This document shows positions 46,322 through 55,500 of a stretch of DNA of 64,000 nucleotides, in pieces. Source of the DNA: a virus; the IMG/VR virus record IMGVR_UViG_3300015203_000008, one strand, 5' to 3'. Made by a program: the position numbers and the translations under genes. The notes under the pieces are model-generated. The model saw only the letters and a program-made list of their open reading frames with translations, had not been told where the DNA came from and did no database searches. Positions within the stretch are counted from its first letter, which is position 1. The number at the start of each line of letters is the position of its first letter.

Positions 46322-47514
46322 TTTATCCCTTTCGTCATGTAGACATCTGCACGGCTCGGCTCGCCTGCGCTATTCGGAGGCGCATCAAAGTTGCTGGCCC
46401 ATACCAACTTCGATCCGTCGCGCGACACGCTCAGCTTCGGCTGAGAGACGTAATCGCCTTGGTATCCAATCAGGCTCCTATGATGCGCCAGTCGCAAGAT
46501 CAGCCCATCCGGGTTCAATGAGACTCGGAACAACTCATCGGCGTGCAGCGGCCACGAGGTTTCGCCCGGGTTGCGGTACGTCTCAACGAAGACATAGCCC
46601 TTGTCGGTTCCGGAGATGTGAACGTTCAACGCCCAGTCCAGCGACAGTAGGCAGGTTTGCAGCCCGTCGCGCAGACGGATCTTGACCAGCGCGTTACTGC
46701 CACACGTCGGCATCTTGTCGCCAGAATTGCACCATACCAAGCACGGCTCACCATCGCAGTCGCGGCAGAGGTCCATGTGCCCTCCGGCGTGTGCCAGTTG
46801 CCACACGAAGCGAATATTCGGTCCCTCCTTGGGGTCCTCGAACTCCTCGAACAACTCGATGCCGGTGAAGCGCGGGCCTTGCCCGCTGATCCCCTTGGGC
46901 GTCGGCTCCTTCCAAGTTACCGTGAACTGATTATCCGGCGTGATGTACAGCGAGTCGAATGCGTGACCCTCAGTCTCAAGAACTGGCCCTTTGGTATCGT
47001 GCAGCAAGTCGTAAACGAAGATCGCGTGCCCGTCGCCACAGAGCACCAGGTGGTTTCCGTCCTCGCTGATGTCGCTCTCGCCCGCCCCGTTCACACCTGC
47101 GTATTCCGTGAACGCTCGCAAGATTCGCGATTCGTCCTTGCCGCTGTCGTACATCAGCACCTTGTTGCCGTTGACGTAGAACAGAAAGTCGGGAAACTTC
47201 CGGCTCCACCGCGGCTCGCTCGAAGCGTTGATCGAGAACGGCAGGTTGCGGATAAACACGCCGTCGCCATCGTACAGGCCGTAATAGCTCTCGTGGAGCA
47301 GCAGCAGCCGCGTGTTGTCGCAATTGAACGGGCAGCAGGTCGAATACTCGGTCCCGATCCAGTTCAGGTTGCCGCGTCCGGCGGCGTTTGGCGTCGCGCG
47401 GGCATCGGTGAGGCGCTTGATCGAGGTGCCGAAAACCCCTTCTTTGTACACTTTCCCGACTGGTGGCGCGAAGTTCTGGTATTCGGGGACGTGTGGCAAT
47501 GGATTCTCCTTCAC
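46318..47514 (-). CDS. Beta-propeller protein (TolB/oligogalacturonate-lyase-like repeats)
   Basis: Repeats EPRWS, DISEDG, ITPDN, QPKLSVSRDGSKLVWASN; LAHHRS; GTG start inferred. Confidence 0.6.
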   Translation of the reverse strand: MKENPLPHVPEYQNFAPPVGKVYKEGVFGTSIKRLTDARATPNAAGRGNLNWIGTEYSTCCPFNCDNTRLLLLHESYYGLYDGDGVFIRNLPFSINASSEPRWSRKFPDFLFYVNGNKVLMYDSGKDESRILRAFTEYAGVNGAGESDISEDGNHLVLCGDGHAIFVYDLLHDTKGPVLETEGHAFDSLYITPDNQFTVTWKEPTPKGISGQGPRFTGIELFEEFEDPKEGPNIRFVWQLAHAGGHMDLCRDCDGEPCLVWCNSGDKMPTCGSNALVKIRLRDGLQTCLLSLDWALNVHISGTDKGYVFVETYRNPGETSWPLHADELFRVSLNPDGLILRLAHHRSLIGYQGDYVSQPKLSVSRDGSKLVWASNFDAPPNSAGEPSRADVYMTKGIK

Positions 47515-47909
47515 TGAACCAGATGCGAAACGATCCAAAGCACAAACAGATGCAGCACGTTGTCCACAACGATCACCGACCACGGCGCAAGGAACTGGAG
47601 GAATCCCGCCTGCCCCTTGTTTCGCATCCACCACGCGACAAGCTCAGTGCGATCCTGCGCGAAGTGCGTCAGGAATAGAATCGGAAGAGTCCATAGTGGC
47701 CACGGCTTCGATGCCGCTTGGCATCCCCAAACCGCGAGCGCCCAGATGAGGCAGTGAACGGCGCACGGAAACGTCGATGGAAGGCTAGGAACCGCCCCCA
47801 AGAGCATCGCTTCCATTTCGTCGCCAATGGCAACTTTCTTCTTGTTCAGCGCCATCCAATCGTTCTGAAGCAGGTAGTCGCCGACGAGATGCCCGATGAG
47901 CCAGTCCAT
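47511..47909 (-). CDS. DUF3307-family membrane protein
   Basis: GHLVGDYLLQNDWMA..K, VHCLIW, THFAQD, DNVLH motifs. Confidence 0.82.
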   Translation of the reverse strand: MDWLIGHLVGDYLLQNDWMALNKKKVAIGDEMEAMLLGAVPSLPSTFPCAVHCLIWALAVWGCQAASKPWPLWTLPILFLTHFAQDRTELVAWWMRNKGQAGFLQFLAPWSVIVVDNVLHLFVLWIVSHLVQ

Positions 47910-47927
47910 TTGCGTCTCCAACTTCAA

Positions 47928-48152
47928 TCAGGCCGTCGGCGATCTCGTCACCCAATCGGTGCCGTTGTTTATCCGATCAGACTTTTGGGCTTCGCTCAGT
48001 TCGTCTCTGCCGCCGGACGACAACCGCGTCAACGGTGCGCCACGCTGGAGAGAGCGTAATTCGCGGGTCCTTTCCTGCTCGGCAGCGAAAGAAAGTTCGT
48101 TGCGCTTCGGGGCAGCGTAGAAGCCACCGGTTTCGTAGTCTCGTCCGGTCAC
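47928..48152 (-). CDS. Hypothetical protein
   Basis: GTGA-coupled ORF. Confidence 0.45.
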   Translation of the reverse strand: MTGRDYETGGFYAAPKRNELSFAAEQERTRELRSLQRGAPLTRLSSGGRDELSEAQKSDRINNGTDWVTRSPTA

Positions 48153-48517
48153 GCCTTCACCAGGTATCGATTTACTTTCCGGTGTAGCAGACAATACCAA
48201 ACCACGCGACGTAGGCCAAACCACTCACCAAAAGCCCATTGCCGCAGATACCACCAGATGAACTTATTGACCGCCTCGCGACGCAGAAGACAAAGCCACT
48301 TGTCAGGGTATCCGATTCCGATCTCGAAGGCATCTACGAATGAGAACACGTAGTCGCACCCTTGAGGGTCTTTGTATTCCATCGTCCTTTGCGACAGCGG
48401 GACGGTGACGTTACCGCACCACTTCTCGCCCAGAAGATCGAATAGCACGTCCTCAATATCACGGCTCAGAAAGATTCTTAGGCGTGACCGAGTTTCAACG
48501 GCACTAGCGTGGATCAA
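48149..48517 (-). CDS. Trp-rich hypothetical protein
   Basis: Coupled ORF; start uncertain. Confidence 0.55.
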   Translation of the reverse strand: MIHASAVETRSRLRIFLSRDIEDVLFDLLGEKWCGNVTVPLSQRTMEYKDPQGCDYVFSFVDAFEIGIGYPDKWLCLLRREAVNKFIWWYLRQWAFGEWFGLRRVVWYCLLHRKVNRYLVKA

Positions 48518-48521
48518 TTTG

Positions 48522-48761
48522 CTACGCCTCTTGCATTTTTACGTTTGCGTCTCGCGTGAGCGATCGCCGCAGGTTGACCATGTTGCGGTAGGCTCGCCAG
48601 AACGAAACGATAACGGCTAGCGCGTGGTGCTTATTCTCTGGCCCAAACCCTACAGTCTGGTGCTCCTCCAGCGTGTACTGCCGAGGTGTTTGAACGCCAG
48701 CGTGCAGAATACAAACCCATCGCAGTTGCCAGCGTTGAAACTCGATATTTCGGATTCTCAT
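48522..48761 (-). CDS. Hypothetical protein
   Basis: ATGA overlap with the lipoprotein stop. Confidence 0.5.
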   Translation of the reverse strand: MRIRNIEFQRWQLRWVCILHAGVQTPRQYTLEEHQTVGFGPENKHHALAVIVSFWRAYRNMVNLRRSLTRDANVKMQEA

Positions 48762-49435
48762 TTGCAAGCTCCTAGATCCTGCTTCACTGTGATCATACCG
48801 CCGGGTGCCGGATTGGAATAGCTGCCAACTCCACAGTAAAACGTTGTCATATCCGCCAAGTCCTCGTACCGCTCGATCAACTGCGCATTGCCGGCCAGTG
48901 GAATCGTCAGCCTCGTGCGATCGCTTACCCTGCCGTGCGCCGCGTCGCCGATCTGCGCGCCGGTGGTGGTGTCATAGTGCGTCCAGGTCCAGTTGAACTC
49001 GTGGAGGCCGCTATCGATCTCGGGGCCACCGGACGTCGCGGACAATTCTTTGATCCAGCACGGCGACTCGTTCTGTGTGTCACCATAAATCTGGATAGCC
49101 TGAAGTGCGCCGGTTGCGTGAATTCGCGTCTCTTCCTGCACTACTGCGATGCAGTTGCGCACTGGATCAATCTCGTAAAGTGAGTGCGTGTCGATTTCCT
49201 CACCGTTCAGGCCGAGATGATTGTTCAGCGTGTAGGTCGTGCGCCGGATGCGTCCATTCGCCTCGCGCTTGTCGCACACCGTTGTTCCGCCGCCGATGTC
49301 ACGGCAGTTGGTCGAGAACAGCAGGCTCATGATGTCCACTGCGGCCGGGGTAGGAGTAGGTGGATTCACCGGAATGCGCGCCGGAGTGCCGCAGGCCGTC
49401 AGGGTGAGGATCAGAGCAAGAGCGAAGCGCTTCAT
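48758..49435 (-). CDS. Lipoprotein
   Basis: MKRFALALILTLTA|CG lipobox; Pro-rich linker; several further Cys. Confidence 0.78.
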   Translation of the reverse strand: MKRFALALILTLTACGTPARIPVNPPTPTPAAVDIMSLLFSTNCRDIGGGTTVCDKREANGRIRRTTYTLNNHLGLNGEEIDTHSLYEIDPVRNCIAVVQEETRIHATGALQAIQIYGDTQNESPCWIKELSATSGGPEIDSGLHEFNWTWTHYDTTTGAQIGDAAHGRVSDRTRLTIPLAGNAQLIERYEDLADMTTFYCGVGSYSNPAPGGMITVKQDLGACK

Positions 49436-49815
49436 CAGATCCGCGCGTAACCTTCCTCGAACGCCTTCGCCCGCTGGATATTGATCTCAATGGTCAACTC
49501 GCTACCGTCCAGACACGGATACTGCCCGATCTCGCGGATGATGCCGCTCTTGTCGGTGGAGTCGCTCAACTTCTCCGTGAACGACTCTGCCACCTGACCA
49601 ACGCGAGCCATCAGCGTATCCGGCTCGCTAGGTGAATTGGCGTCTGTGATGATGGCCGCGACGCGATGCTTGAACTCTTCGTCCGTCTCGCGAAGGCTTC
49701 GGCTGTCCTCTAGCCCCTGCATGATGCGGTAGGCTAATTCATCTATCGCCCGCGCGTCCTCCGCTGGACCGTTCGGCTCTCGCCATTCACCTTCACGAAT
49801 GTAAATTTTGATCAT
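49435..49815 (-). CDS. Hypothetical protein
   Basis: Coupled ORF. Confidence 0.6.
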   Translation of the reverse strand: MIKIYIREGEWREPNGPAEDARAIDELAYRIMQGLEDSRSLRETDEEFKHRVAAIITDANSPSEPDTLMARVGQVAESFTEKLSDSTDKSGIIREIGQYPCLDGSELTIEINIQRAKAFEEGYARI

Positions 49816-49931
49816 TGCTCAGCCTCGTCGTTTCCTTCGTTGCGCACATCGTCGGAGGTCTTACAAAACACGGCTAGAAGCAGCAGAAACGGAATCGCTA
49901 GGCACGTTAGGAAGATCGTTATTCCGATCAC
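49812..49931 (-). CDS. Tiny single-TM peptide (39 aa)
   Basis: Hand translation VIGITIFLTCLAIPFLLLLAVFCKTSDD...; 4-nt overlaps at both ends. Confidence 0.45.
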   Translation of the reverse strand: MIGITIFLTCLAIPFLLLLAVFCKTSDDVRNEGNDEAEQ

Positions 49932-50029
49932 GCTACACCTCCTCCGGTATTCGGCGGGTCATGCTTACTCAACGCGACTGCAAGCGAGAGCACCAGGGCA
50001 ATCACGAGCAACGCAGCGTCAAACCTCAT
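49928..50029 (-). CDS. Tiny single-TM peptide (33 aa)
   Basis: MRFDAALLVIALVLSLAVALSKH...; ATGA overlap. Confidence 0.45.
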   Translation of the reverse strand: MRFDAALLVIALVLSLAVALSKHDPPNTGGGVA

Positions 50030-50394
50030 CGCGCTTTTCTCTCGCCCGGCTTCAACAGCGGACCTCGCCACGGTTGAGGCTTCGCAACATGCACAGGTGC
50101 CAGCGTAGCTACCGCCTCTGAGTATTTGATCTTCGGAAGACCCGCCATAATCGAACCTAGCCGCAATCCAACAGATGCCCGGTGCGCTTCGATCTTCGCA
50201 ACTGCTGCCGGTTTCGGCTTGCGAGGCCGCAGCAGTTTGATCGCCTTGAACGGCGGGAGAACCACGTCGCCAGGCTTCGCCGCGTTCCCCGGCCGCTTCG
50301 GGCACGCTGTGAAGTGCTTACGCATCTCGCGCGCCGTGAGCATGGCACCGCAGCCCCATCCGCACGGCATCTTTGAACGGATTCGCTTCTTCAC
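50026..50394 (-). CDS. Basic protein with a C2HC zinc finger
   Basis: PCGWGC...MRKHFTACPKRP. Confidence 0.6.
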   Translation of the reverse strand: MKKRIRSKMPCGWGCGAMLTAREMRKHFTACPKRPGNAAKPGDVVLPPFKAIKLLRPRKPKPAAVAKIEAHRASVGLRLGSIMAGLPKIKYSEAVATLAPVHVAKPQPWRGPLLKPGERKAR

Positions 50395-50400
50395 TCAGAT

Positions 50401-50582
50401 ATAGTGACACAATTAACGGCATTTGTGTCACTATCTTTCCCCTGAGTGGTCACACTCGCAAACCACACGCCGATTGACACTTCGCGTCCAGTGGGGTGAC
50501 ATATTTTGTCACCGCTTGTTTTCAGTGAGATGCACGAAACGTCAACTACTTGCGGTTGTTTCAGGATGACAAATAGTGTCAC
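50401..50582. promoter_or_regulatory. Cluster of (G/A)TGACA...TGTCAC palindromic operators
   Basis: 12-bp inverted repeat 50401-50412/50423-50434; GTGACA-N5-TGTCAC at 50496-50512; ATGACA-N5-TGTCAC at 50566-50582. Confidence 0.65.
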
Positions 50583-50631
50583 TGTCGCCCGTTGTTCAAA
50601 TATGCCTCTAGCGTATTCAGCTACTTAGCGT

Positions 50632-50648
50632 TTGGCGCGTGGTTTGCA
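50632..50648 (+). promoter_or_regulatory. sigma54 (-24/-12) promoter
   Basis: TTGGCGCG-TGGT-TTGCA matches TGGCACG-N4-TTGC with exact spacing; ATG at 50661. Confidence 0.6.
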
Positions 50649-50660
50649 ATGTATATAGGC

Positions 50661-50933
50661 ATGGCAAACGTAAGTAAGTCGGTGATGGTTGGCAGCGAAG
50701 CGGATCTCGGCTTGACGCGCTACCTCATCACTAACGGCAAGAACCCTGTAGACGATAAAGCTTCGCGCTACTTTGAGAACACATTCGATAGCGCCATTGC
50801 CGAATGTGTAGCGATGGTTGAAGACCCGATGAGCCGCAAGCGCAAGACATGGAAAGTCTTTGCTGTCGCTACCACTCACGATTGCTGGCAGTTCACCAAG
50901 TGGGAACTGCTCGCTGAAGTCAACCGCAGTTAG
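50661..50933 (+). CDS. Hypothetical protein, first gene of the plus-strand island
   Basis: MANVSKSV...; starts next to the predicted TSS. Confidence 0.6.
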   Translation: MANVSKSVMVGSEADLGLTRYLITNGKNPVDDKASRYFENTFDSAIAECVAMVEDPMSRKRKTWKVFAVATTHDCWQFTKWELLAEVNRS

Positions 50934-50938
50934 CATGT

Positions 50939-50993
50939 TCGCTGGTTATCCGCTCACCCAGCGGATTAAATACGTGGGGACGTAGCAGTACCA
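50939..50993 (+). ncRNA. Structured intergenic motif, copy 1
   Basis: ATCCGC-TCACCCA-GCGGAT, TAAA linker, TACGT-GGGG-ACGTA. Confidence 0.5.
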
Positions 50994-51011
50994 AATAAAA
51001 GGAGAAACAAA

Positions 51012-51266
51012 ATGAAGCGACTCAAAACATTTTGGCGGAATCTGCAAAACAGCATCCAATGCAAGCGCGCTAAGAGCGACTGCTGCGCACGTTGCGGGCG
51101 CTGGCTGCACAACGCCAAAACCAAGCCATCGGGAGATGCAGAAATGCCCCGGATGCACATGCGCGGCGCTTGCCAGCGGATCGAGCGCTATAAGGCCGTG
51201 GCCGCCCAAGAGCGCGCAGAAGTCGAAGGTACCAGGATCTATATGTCTCGGCTGAATGGGGCGTAA
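51012..51266 (+). CDS. Hypothetical protein
   Basis: AAGGAG RBS. Confidence 0.65.
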   Translation: MKRLKTFWRNLQNSIQCKRAKSDCCARCGRWLHNAKTKPSGDAEMPRMHMRGACQRIERYKAVAAQERAEVEGTRIYMSRLNGA

Positions 51267-51291
51267 AGAAGCCATGGAGGAATAAGCACGA

Positions 51292-51343
51292 TCGCTGGTT
51301 CCCCCCACCCAGGGGATTAAATACGTGGGAACGTGGCCAGCGA
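51292..51343 (+). ncRNA. Structured intergenic motif, copy 2
   Basis: TCGCTGG/CCAGCGA closing stem; TCCCC-CCACCCA-GGGGA; TACGT-GGGA-ACGTG. Confidence 0.5.
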
Positions 51344-51366
51344 AACAACCTAGGGAGACAAGGAAC

Positions 51367-51567
51367 ATGAGCCAAGTAATGCAAGCCGGAATCCTCAAGA
51401 ACCGCTCTTATCATCAGGCTGTGAAGATCCTCGACCAAGCCGCAAGCGATGCGGTATCGACGCTGGACGGCGCTACATCGGCGCAAGCGATCAAAGAAGC
51501 TCTCGCAGCTCGCCGGAAGATGTTTCACGCGATCAAGCACCTATCGACCGATGGGAGGATCAACTAG
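51367..51567 (+). CDS. Hypothetical protein
   Basis: AAGGA RBS; MSQVMQAG... Confidence 0.6.
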   Translation: MSQVMQAGILKNRSYHQAVKILDQAASDAVSTLDGATSAQAIKEALAARRKMFHAIKHLSTDGRIN

Positions 51568-51569
51568 CC

Positions 51570-51749
51570 ATGTCTCTAACCCCTCAGTGCCCGAAGTGTG
51601 ACGCCCGGATCCGCGAGACGATCCAACTTGCCGATCGCGACGTGATGTACTGCGCCAAGGGACACCGGACAGAGCAGCTTCGCTTGTTCCCGCCGGCGGC
51701 CCCTGCGCTTGATCTGTTCGCTGCTGTACAAATCAACGGAGGTAACTGA
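51570..51749 (+). CDS. Small zinc-ribbon protein (59 aa)
   Basis: Hand translation MSLTPQCPKC...YCAKGH; GGAGG RBS. Confidence 0.55.
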   Translation: MSLTPQCPKCDARIRETIQLADRDVMYCAKGHRTEQLRLFPPAAPALDLFAAVQINGGN

Positions 51750-51750
51750 A

Positions 51751-51921
51751 ATGAGCGAGCCAAACTACTGCGGTCGATGTGGTGGCGATCCTTGCCAGTG
51801 CTGCAAGACCTGCGGAGAATCACCATACGGGTTTTGCGAGTGCGGGGATTATGTCACCGTGCCAGCAACCATCGTGGAAGGCCCCAGGCCAGTCAGCACC
51901 AGAAAGCAGGTACAGCCGTGA
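51751..51921 (+). CDS. Cys-rich miniprotein
   Basis: YCGRCGGDPCQCCKTCGESPYGFCEC; GGAGG RBS. Confidence 0.55.
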   Translation: MSEPNYCGRCGGDPCQCCKTCGESPYGFCECGDYVTVPATIVEGPRPVSTRKQVQP

Positions 51922-52145
51922 CAATTGAACTTGAACTGACCGCAAATCAGGTAGGCGACGCGATAGCTGTAGCGACGATCATAAGCCGCCTTGCGGATAT
52001 CGACTTGAATGAGCGCCTCGAAGAAGACCCCAACCGCGACGGTAGAGCAATCGCTCTCTCGATCCTGCGTTTTCTTGAGAATCGTCTACCAAGTCCAGCT
52101 TATATCGCTGGGATGGTCGAGAGCCGATCAAGGGTTGGGCAATGA
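51918..52145 (+). CDS. Hypothetical protein
   Basis: GTGA-coupled ORF. Confidence 0.55.
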   Translation: MTIELELTANQVGDAIAVATIISRLADIDLNERLEEDPNRDGRAIALSILRFLENRLPSPAYIAGMVESRSRVGQ

Positions 52146-52567
52146 GCCACTACCCCGAAGACGCAACCGCCGAGCGCGACGAACAACTTTACGCCGACTT
52201 CCTCGCCACGTATGGGATTCCTCACGTCTGCTTGACCTGTGGCGAGCGCGAGGTCATTGACCCACGTTCCCGGCACTACCTAGCCCATAGCGTGTTCTGC
52301 GGCCAATGCACGCATGAAATGCTACCCGAAGATGAGATCACCCCGGAACTAGCCGGTAAGCTGCTTTGCAAGCGCGCCGGCATCACAACAGATCACCGGA
52401 TGAGAAACTGGTTCGATCACTCATGGACTGGTCCGCACGTGCTGCACTACGTCAGACCACAGGCACTAGAGGACGCAGTAATAAACGGTGTTTCGGAGAA
52501 TCGCCTTGTTCCCGTGGGCAGTGAATCCGACGCAGGCGGCGCCAGGGGCGACGGCATCCTGCGTTGA
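52142..52567 (+). CDS. Zinc-finger hypothetical protein; 3' end overlaps the convergent fibre gene
   Basis: CLTC...CGQC; ATGA-coupled. Confidence 0.55.
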   Translation: MSHYPEDATAERDEQLYADFLATYGIPHVCLTCGEREVIDPRSRHYLAHSVFCGQCTHEMLPEDEITPELAGKLLCKRAGITTDHRMRNWFDHSWTGPHVLHYVRPQALEDAVINGVSENRLVPVGSESDAGGARGDGILR

Positions 52568-55500
52568 GTTCTTGCAATCAGTACACCAGAATTCGTACCC
52601 ATCGCCAAGAACCGTAGATGCGGCAGCGAGAGTCAGGGACGGCAGCTTGATCGGGCCATTGGTCGAGTACGTAGTTACCTGAGAAATCCCGGCGTTGATT
52701 CTTATCGTTGATCCCGCCGTAATATCCACCGTGCTGGAAACGGAATAGAGACTTAAGGCATTTGACGCCCCAGTTGAACCAAAGGCCGTCCCTGAGGGTT
52801 GACTGGCCAATGTGGAAACAACGCTACCACCGGAAGCAAAATCAATCTCCGCTAGTGACCCGTTTACGACCATTGTGTTAGTCGCGTTGGTATTCACCGT
52901 CAATGACGCGTTGGCGCTATATGGCGCTCCAAAGATTGAAACGTTGGGCACATGCGTTCCATTGTTCGGCGTGATTCGCAGTGCTTCTGTCACCGATCCA
53001 TCAACTCCGAAATACATCTTCGCCGTCGTGTTTCCGTTGGTCGTGTAGCGCATGTCGGTGCCATCGGAATAGATCGCGGCGTTGGCTGTTCCTTGACCCT
53101 TTAAGATCATGAAGGCATTCAAGCCGGAAGCCGCTGGTGTATCGATTTCCAGACCATAGTTTCCAGCCCGACCAATCAGCGTAAGCTGATTAGTGCTTGT
53201 ACAGGGACTGCTGGATATCCCGAGAACCATGCAGACATTTCCTACAATCGAGGTGCCCGTCAATCTGAGAGCGCCATTGGCGGCAACCGTGAAGGCCGGG
53301 ACGGTACTATCGGTGGTCAATGTGCCCTGTGTCACGCTGCTGTTCGTTAGAACAACAGTGGTCGCCGTTCCCGTGCTATCAAATCCGGCATTCGTTGCGG
53401 ACGCACCGGAGAACACACAGAACACTCCCGCTCCGCAGCTCGTATTCGGTCCGACAATGACCTTTTGCGCTGCCGTGATATACATCGCCTGTGCCGAGTT
53501 CGTCGCGATACCAAACGCGCCTGTATTCAACAGCCCAATGAAGTAAGGCCCCGCTCCCGGATTATTGTAGGTCCCGCTCCCTGCGGCTGTACCGATCGGC
53601 CAGCCGGAACCACCGCCGCCGGCGAGTTGCGCGTAGGCTCCACCGTTCTCCGAGAAGTAGAAGTGTTGTAAGGTGCTGTCGTAAATGATCCGTCCATCAC
53701 TAGCAGGAGATACGCCAACGGCTCCGGTTGCCACACCCAAGAACTCCGCACCGCCTACGAATTGTCCAATCCTATCTCCACCGCTGAAGTACGCCTTGAA
53801 AACCTGTGTACTATTTGGATTCAGCGTTATCGGCGTCGCTCCAACTGTTGAGATCGCCATCGCCGAAGACTTTGCAGCCAAGATCGTCGCGGCCAGGGTC
53901 GATGTCTCGTAAAATTCCATTTGCGTCCCGACACCGCCTGTCGCTGGCCCCGTAAGCCGCATAGGGATACCGCCAGTGTCCGCAATGTCCACGACTCGCG
54001 CCGGTGCTGTCGTGTTGAATCCCCACAAGCCCGCGCCGGTCACGCGGCCACGCTCAAGCTGATTCGTTACAAACGCCATCGCCGCGGCTGCCGTGTTGTT
54101 TCCGCCCAGGTAGGTGGTTCCAGTGTTCGAATTGGTTCCTGCGAGCGTGCTGGATGCGTTCCACGATGTTCCGCCGCCGCTGCCGCACGTACCGCCCGAC
54201 AAGCACAACTGCGTGTACGCCCCGCCATTTTCACTGGCGTAGAAGTGCTGCAACGAACTGTCGTAGATGATCCGGCCTTTATTGCTGGCAGGCACGCCAA
54301 CCGCTCCGGTCGCAACGCCTACCCACTCCGCGCCGGCTTGAAAAGCTCCGATTGAATCGCCACTGGTTCGATAGGTTTGAAAGGACAAGCTGCCAGCGTT
54401 GTACAAATTGATCGGCGTGCTTATTGCCGTGGCGATCGAGAAGCCAGCGCCAGCAGCCGCCGTAAGCTGCGCCGTAGCAGTCGAACCTTCATAGAACTGC
54501 ATCGCCACGCCAAGCCCACCTGTATTCGGTCCGACAATCCGTAACGGAACGCCTGCCGCGTCGGTTATTTGAACTGGCGTCGCTGGAACCGTACATCCGA
54601 AGCACCATGCGCCGCCTGCGGTCACACGCGCGCGCTCCACGCCGTTCGTTACGAACGCTACTGGATTGCCAGAACCGCTCGTTCCCGGCATCGTCCCAAG
54701 GAAATAGGTGGTAGTCCCGTTGCCGTTCCCGACGTAGTTTCCAGTGCCGGCGGCCGTGCCAACCGGCCAAGAGAACGACGCCACCGTACTGAGCAAGTCG
54801 ATCGCGTTGCCCGTTCCATCCTGATAGAAGATCGTGGATTCAAGAGGCGAATGCGCTCCTGAGAGCTTGGTGTATAGCCAACCCGCGCTGCTGTTGATCG
54901 TCGTCGGCGCCGTGGTCTGATATCCCATCTGCAGATCGGGAGCAGCGAGAACGCCCGTAACGGTCAGACCGCCGTTGATGCTCTGCGTTGCTCCGCTCGA
55001 AGGGCTGGCAATGATGGCGCTCGGAAACTTAGCGCTGATGTTTCCCGCCGGCGTCATGTTTGAGATGTTGGCCGTCGATCCCGCGAAATAGTAGTTCTGG
55101 GGCCAGCCGCGCACCTGGGCGCCGTGAACGTCCTGCACAAGCATCGAATACGTGGTGTAGCTCGGAATGAACGAATCGTTGAACCAGAACGTGCATACCG
55201 AATTGTTGGTTGATGGCGGGCTGGTCACATTCAGCAGCGAGGACGATACGGTGATGTTCGTCCATCCGGCCTGGGTGACTTGAAGTTTCTCGCTTCCGCT
55301 CGTGGCTCCGACGTATGCCTTCCATCCGGTAGCCGATGGAGGGTGCAGCGACGGCGCGGTAATGATCAGTGATCCGGTCGAACTGAGGATCTGGGTTGAC
55401 TCAGGGCTTGGAAGCGTTTCAACGCTCGTCCCGTAGTAGGTGTACTTGACGTAGTAGGTTCCCGAGGCGAGCGTCCCGCTGCCGTAGTTCGTAGTCGTCG

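Noticed and set aside
46657-47517. 286 aa plus-strand ORF, and similar long antisense ORFs such as 35022-35984, 56343-57239, 19029-19712 and 36021-36728
   Set aside because: Antisense shadows of well-supported genes in GC-rich DNA; no RBS or motifs
50391-50582. 63 aa minus-strand ORF
   Set aside because: Spans the operator cluster and has a weak start; better explained as regulatory DNA
50939-51343. Interpretation of the repeated motif as a CRISPR array or a confirmed pistol ribozyme
   Set aside because: Only two copies about 350 bp apart with a gene between them, no cas genes, and incomplete pistol P2/P3 topology
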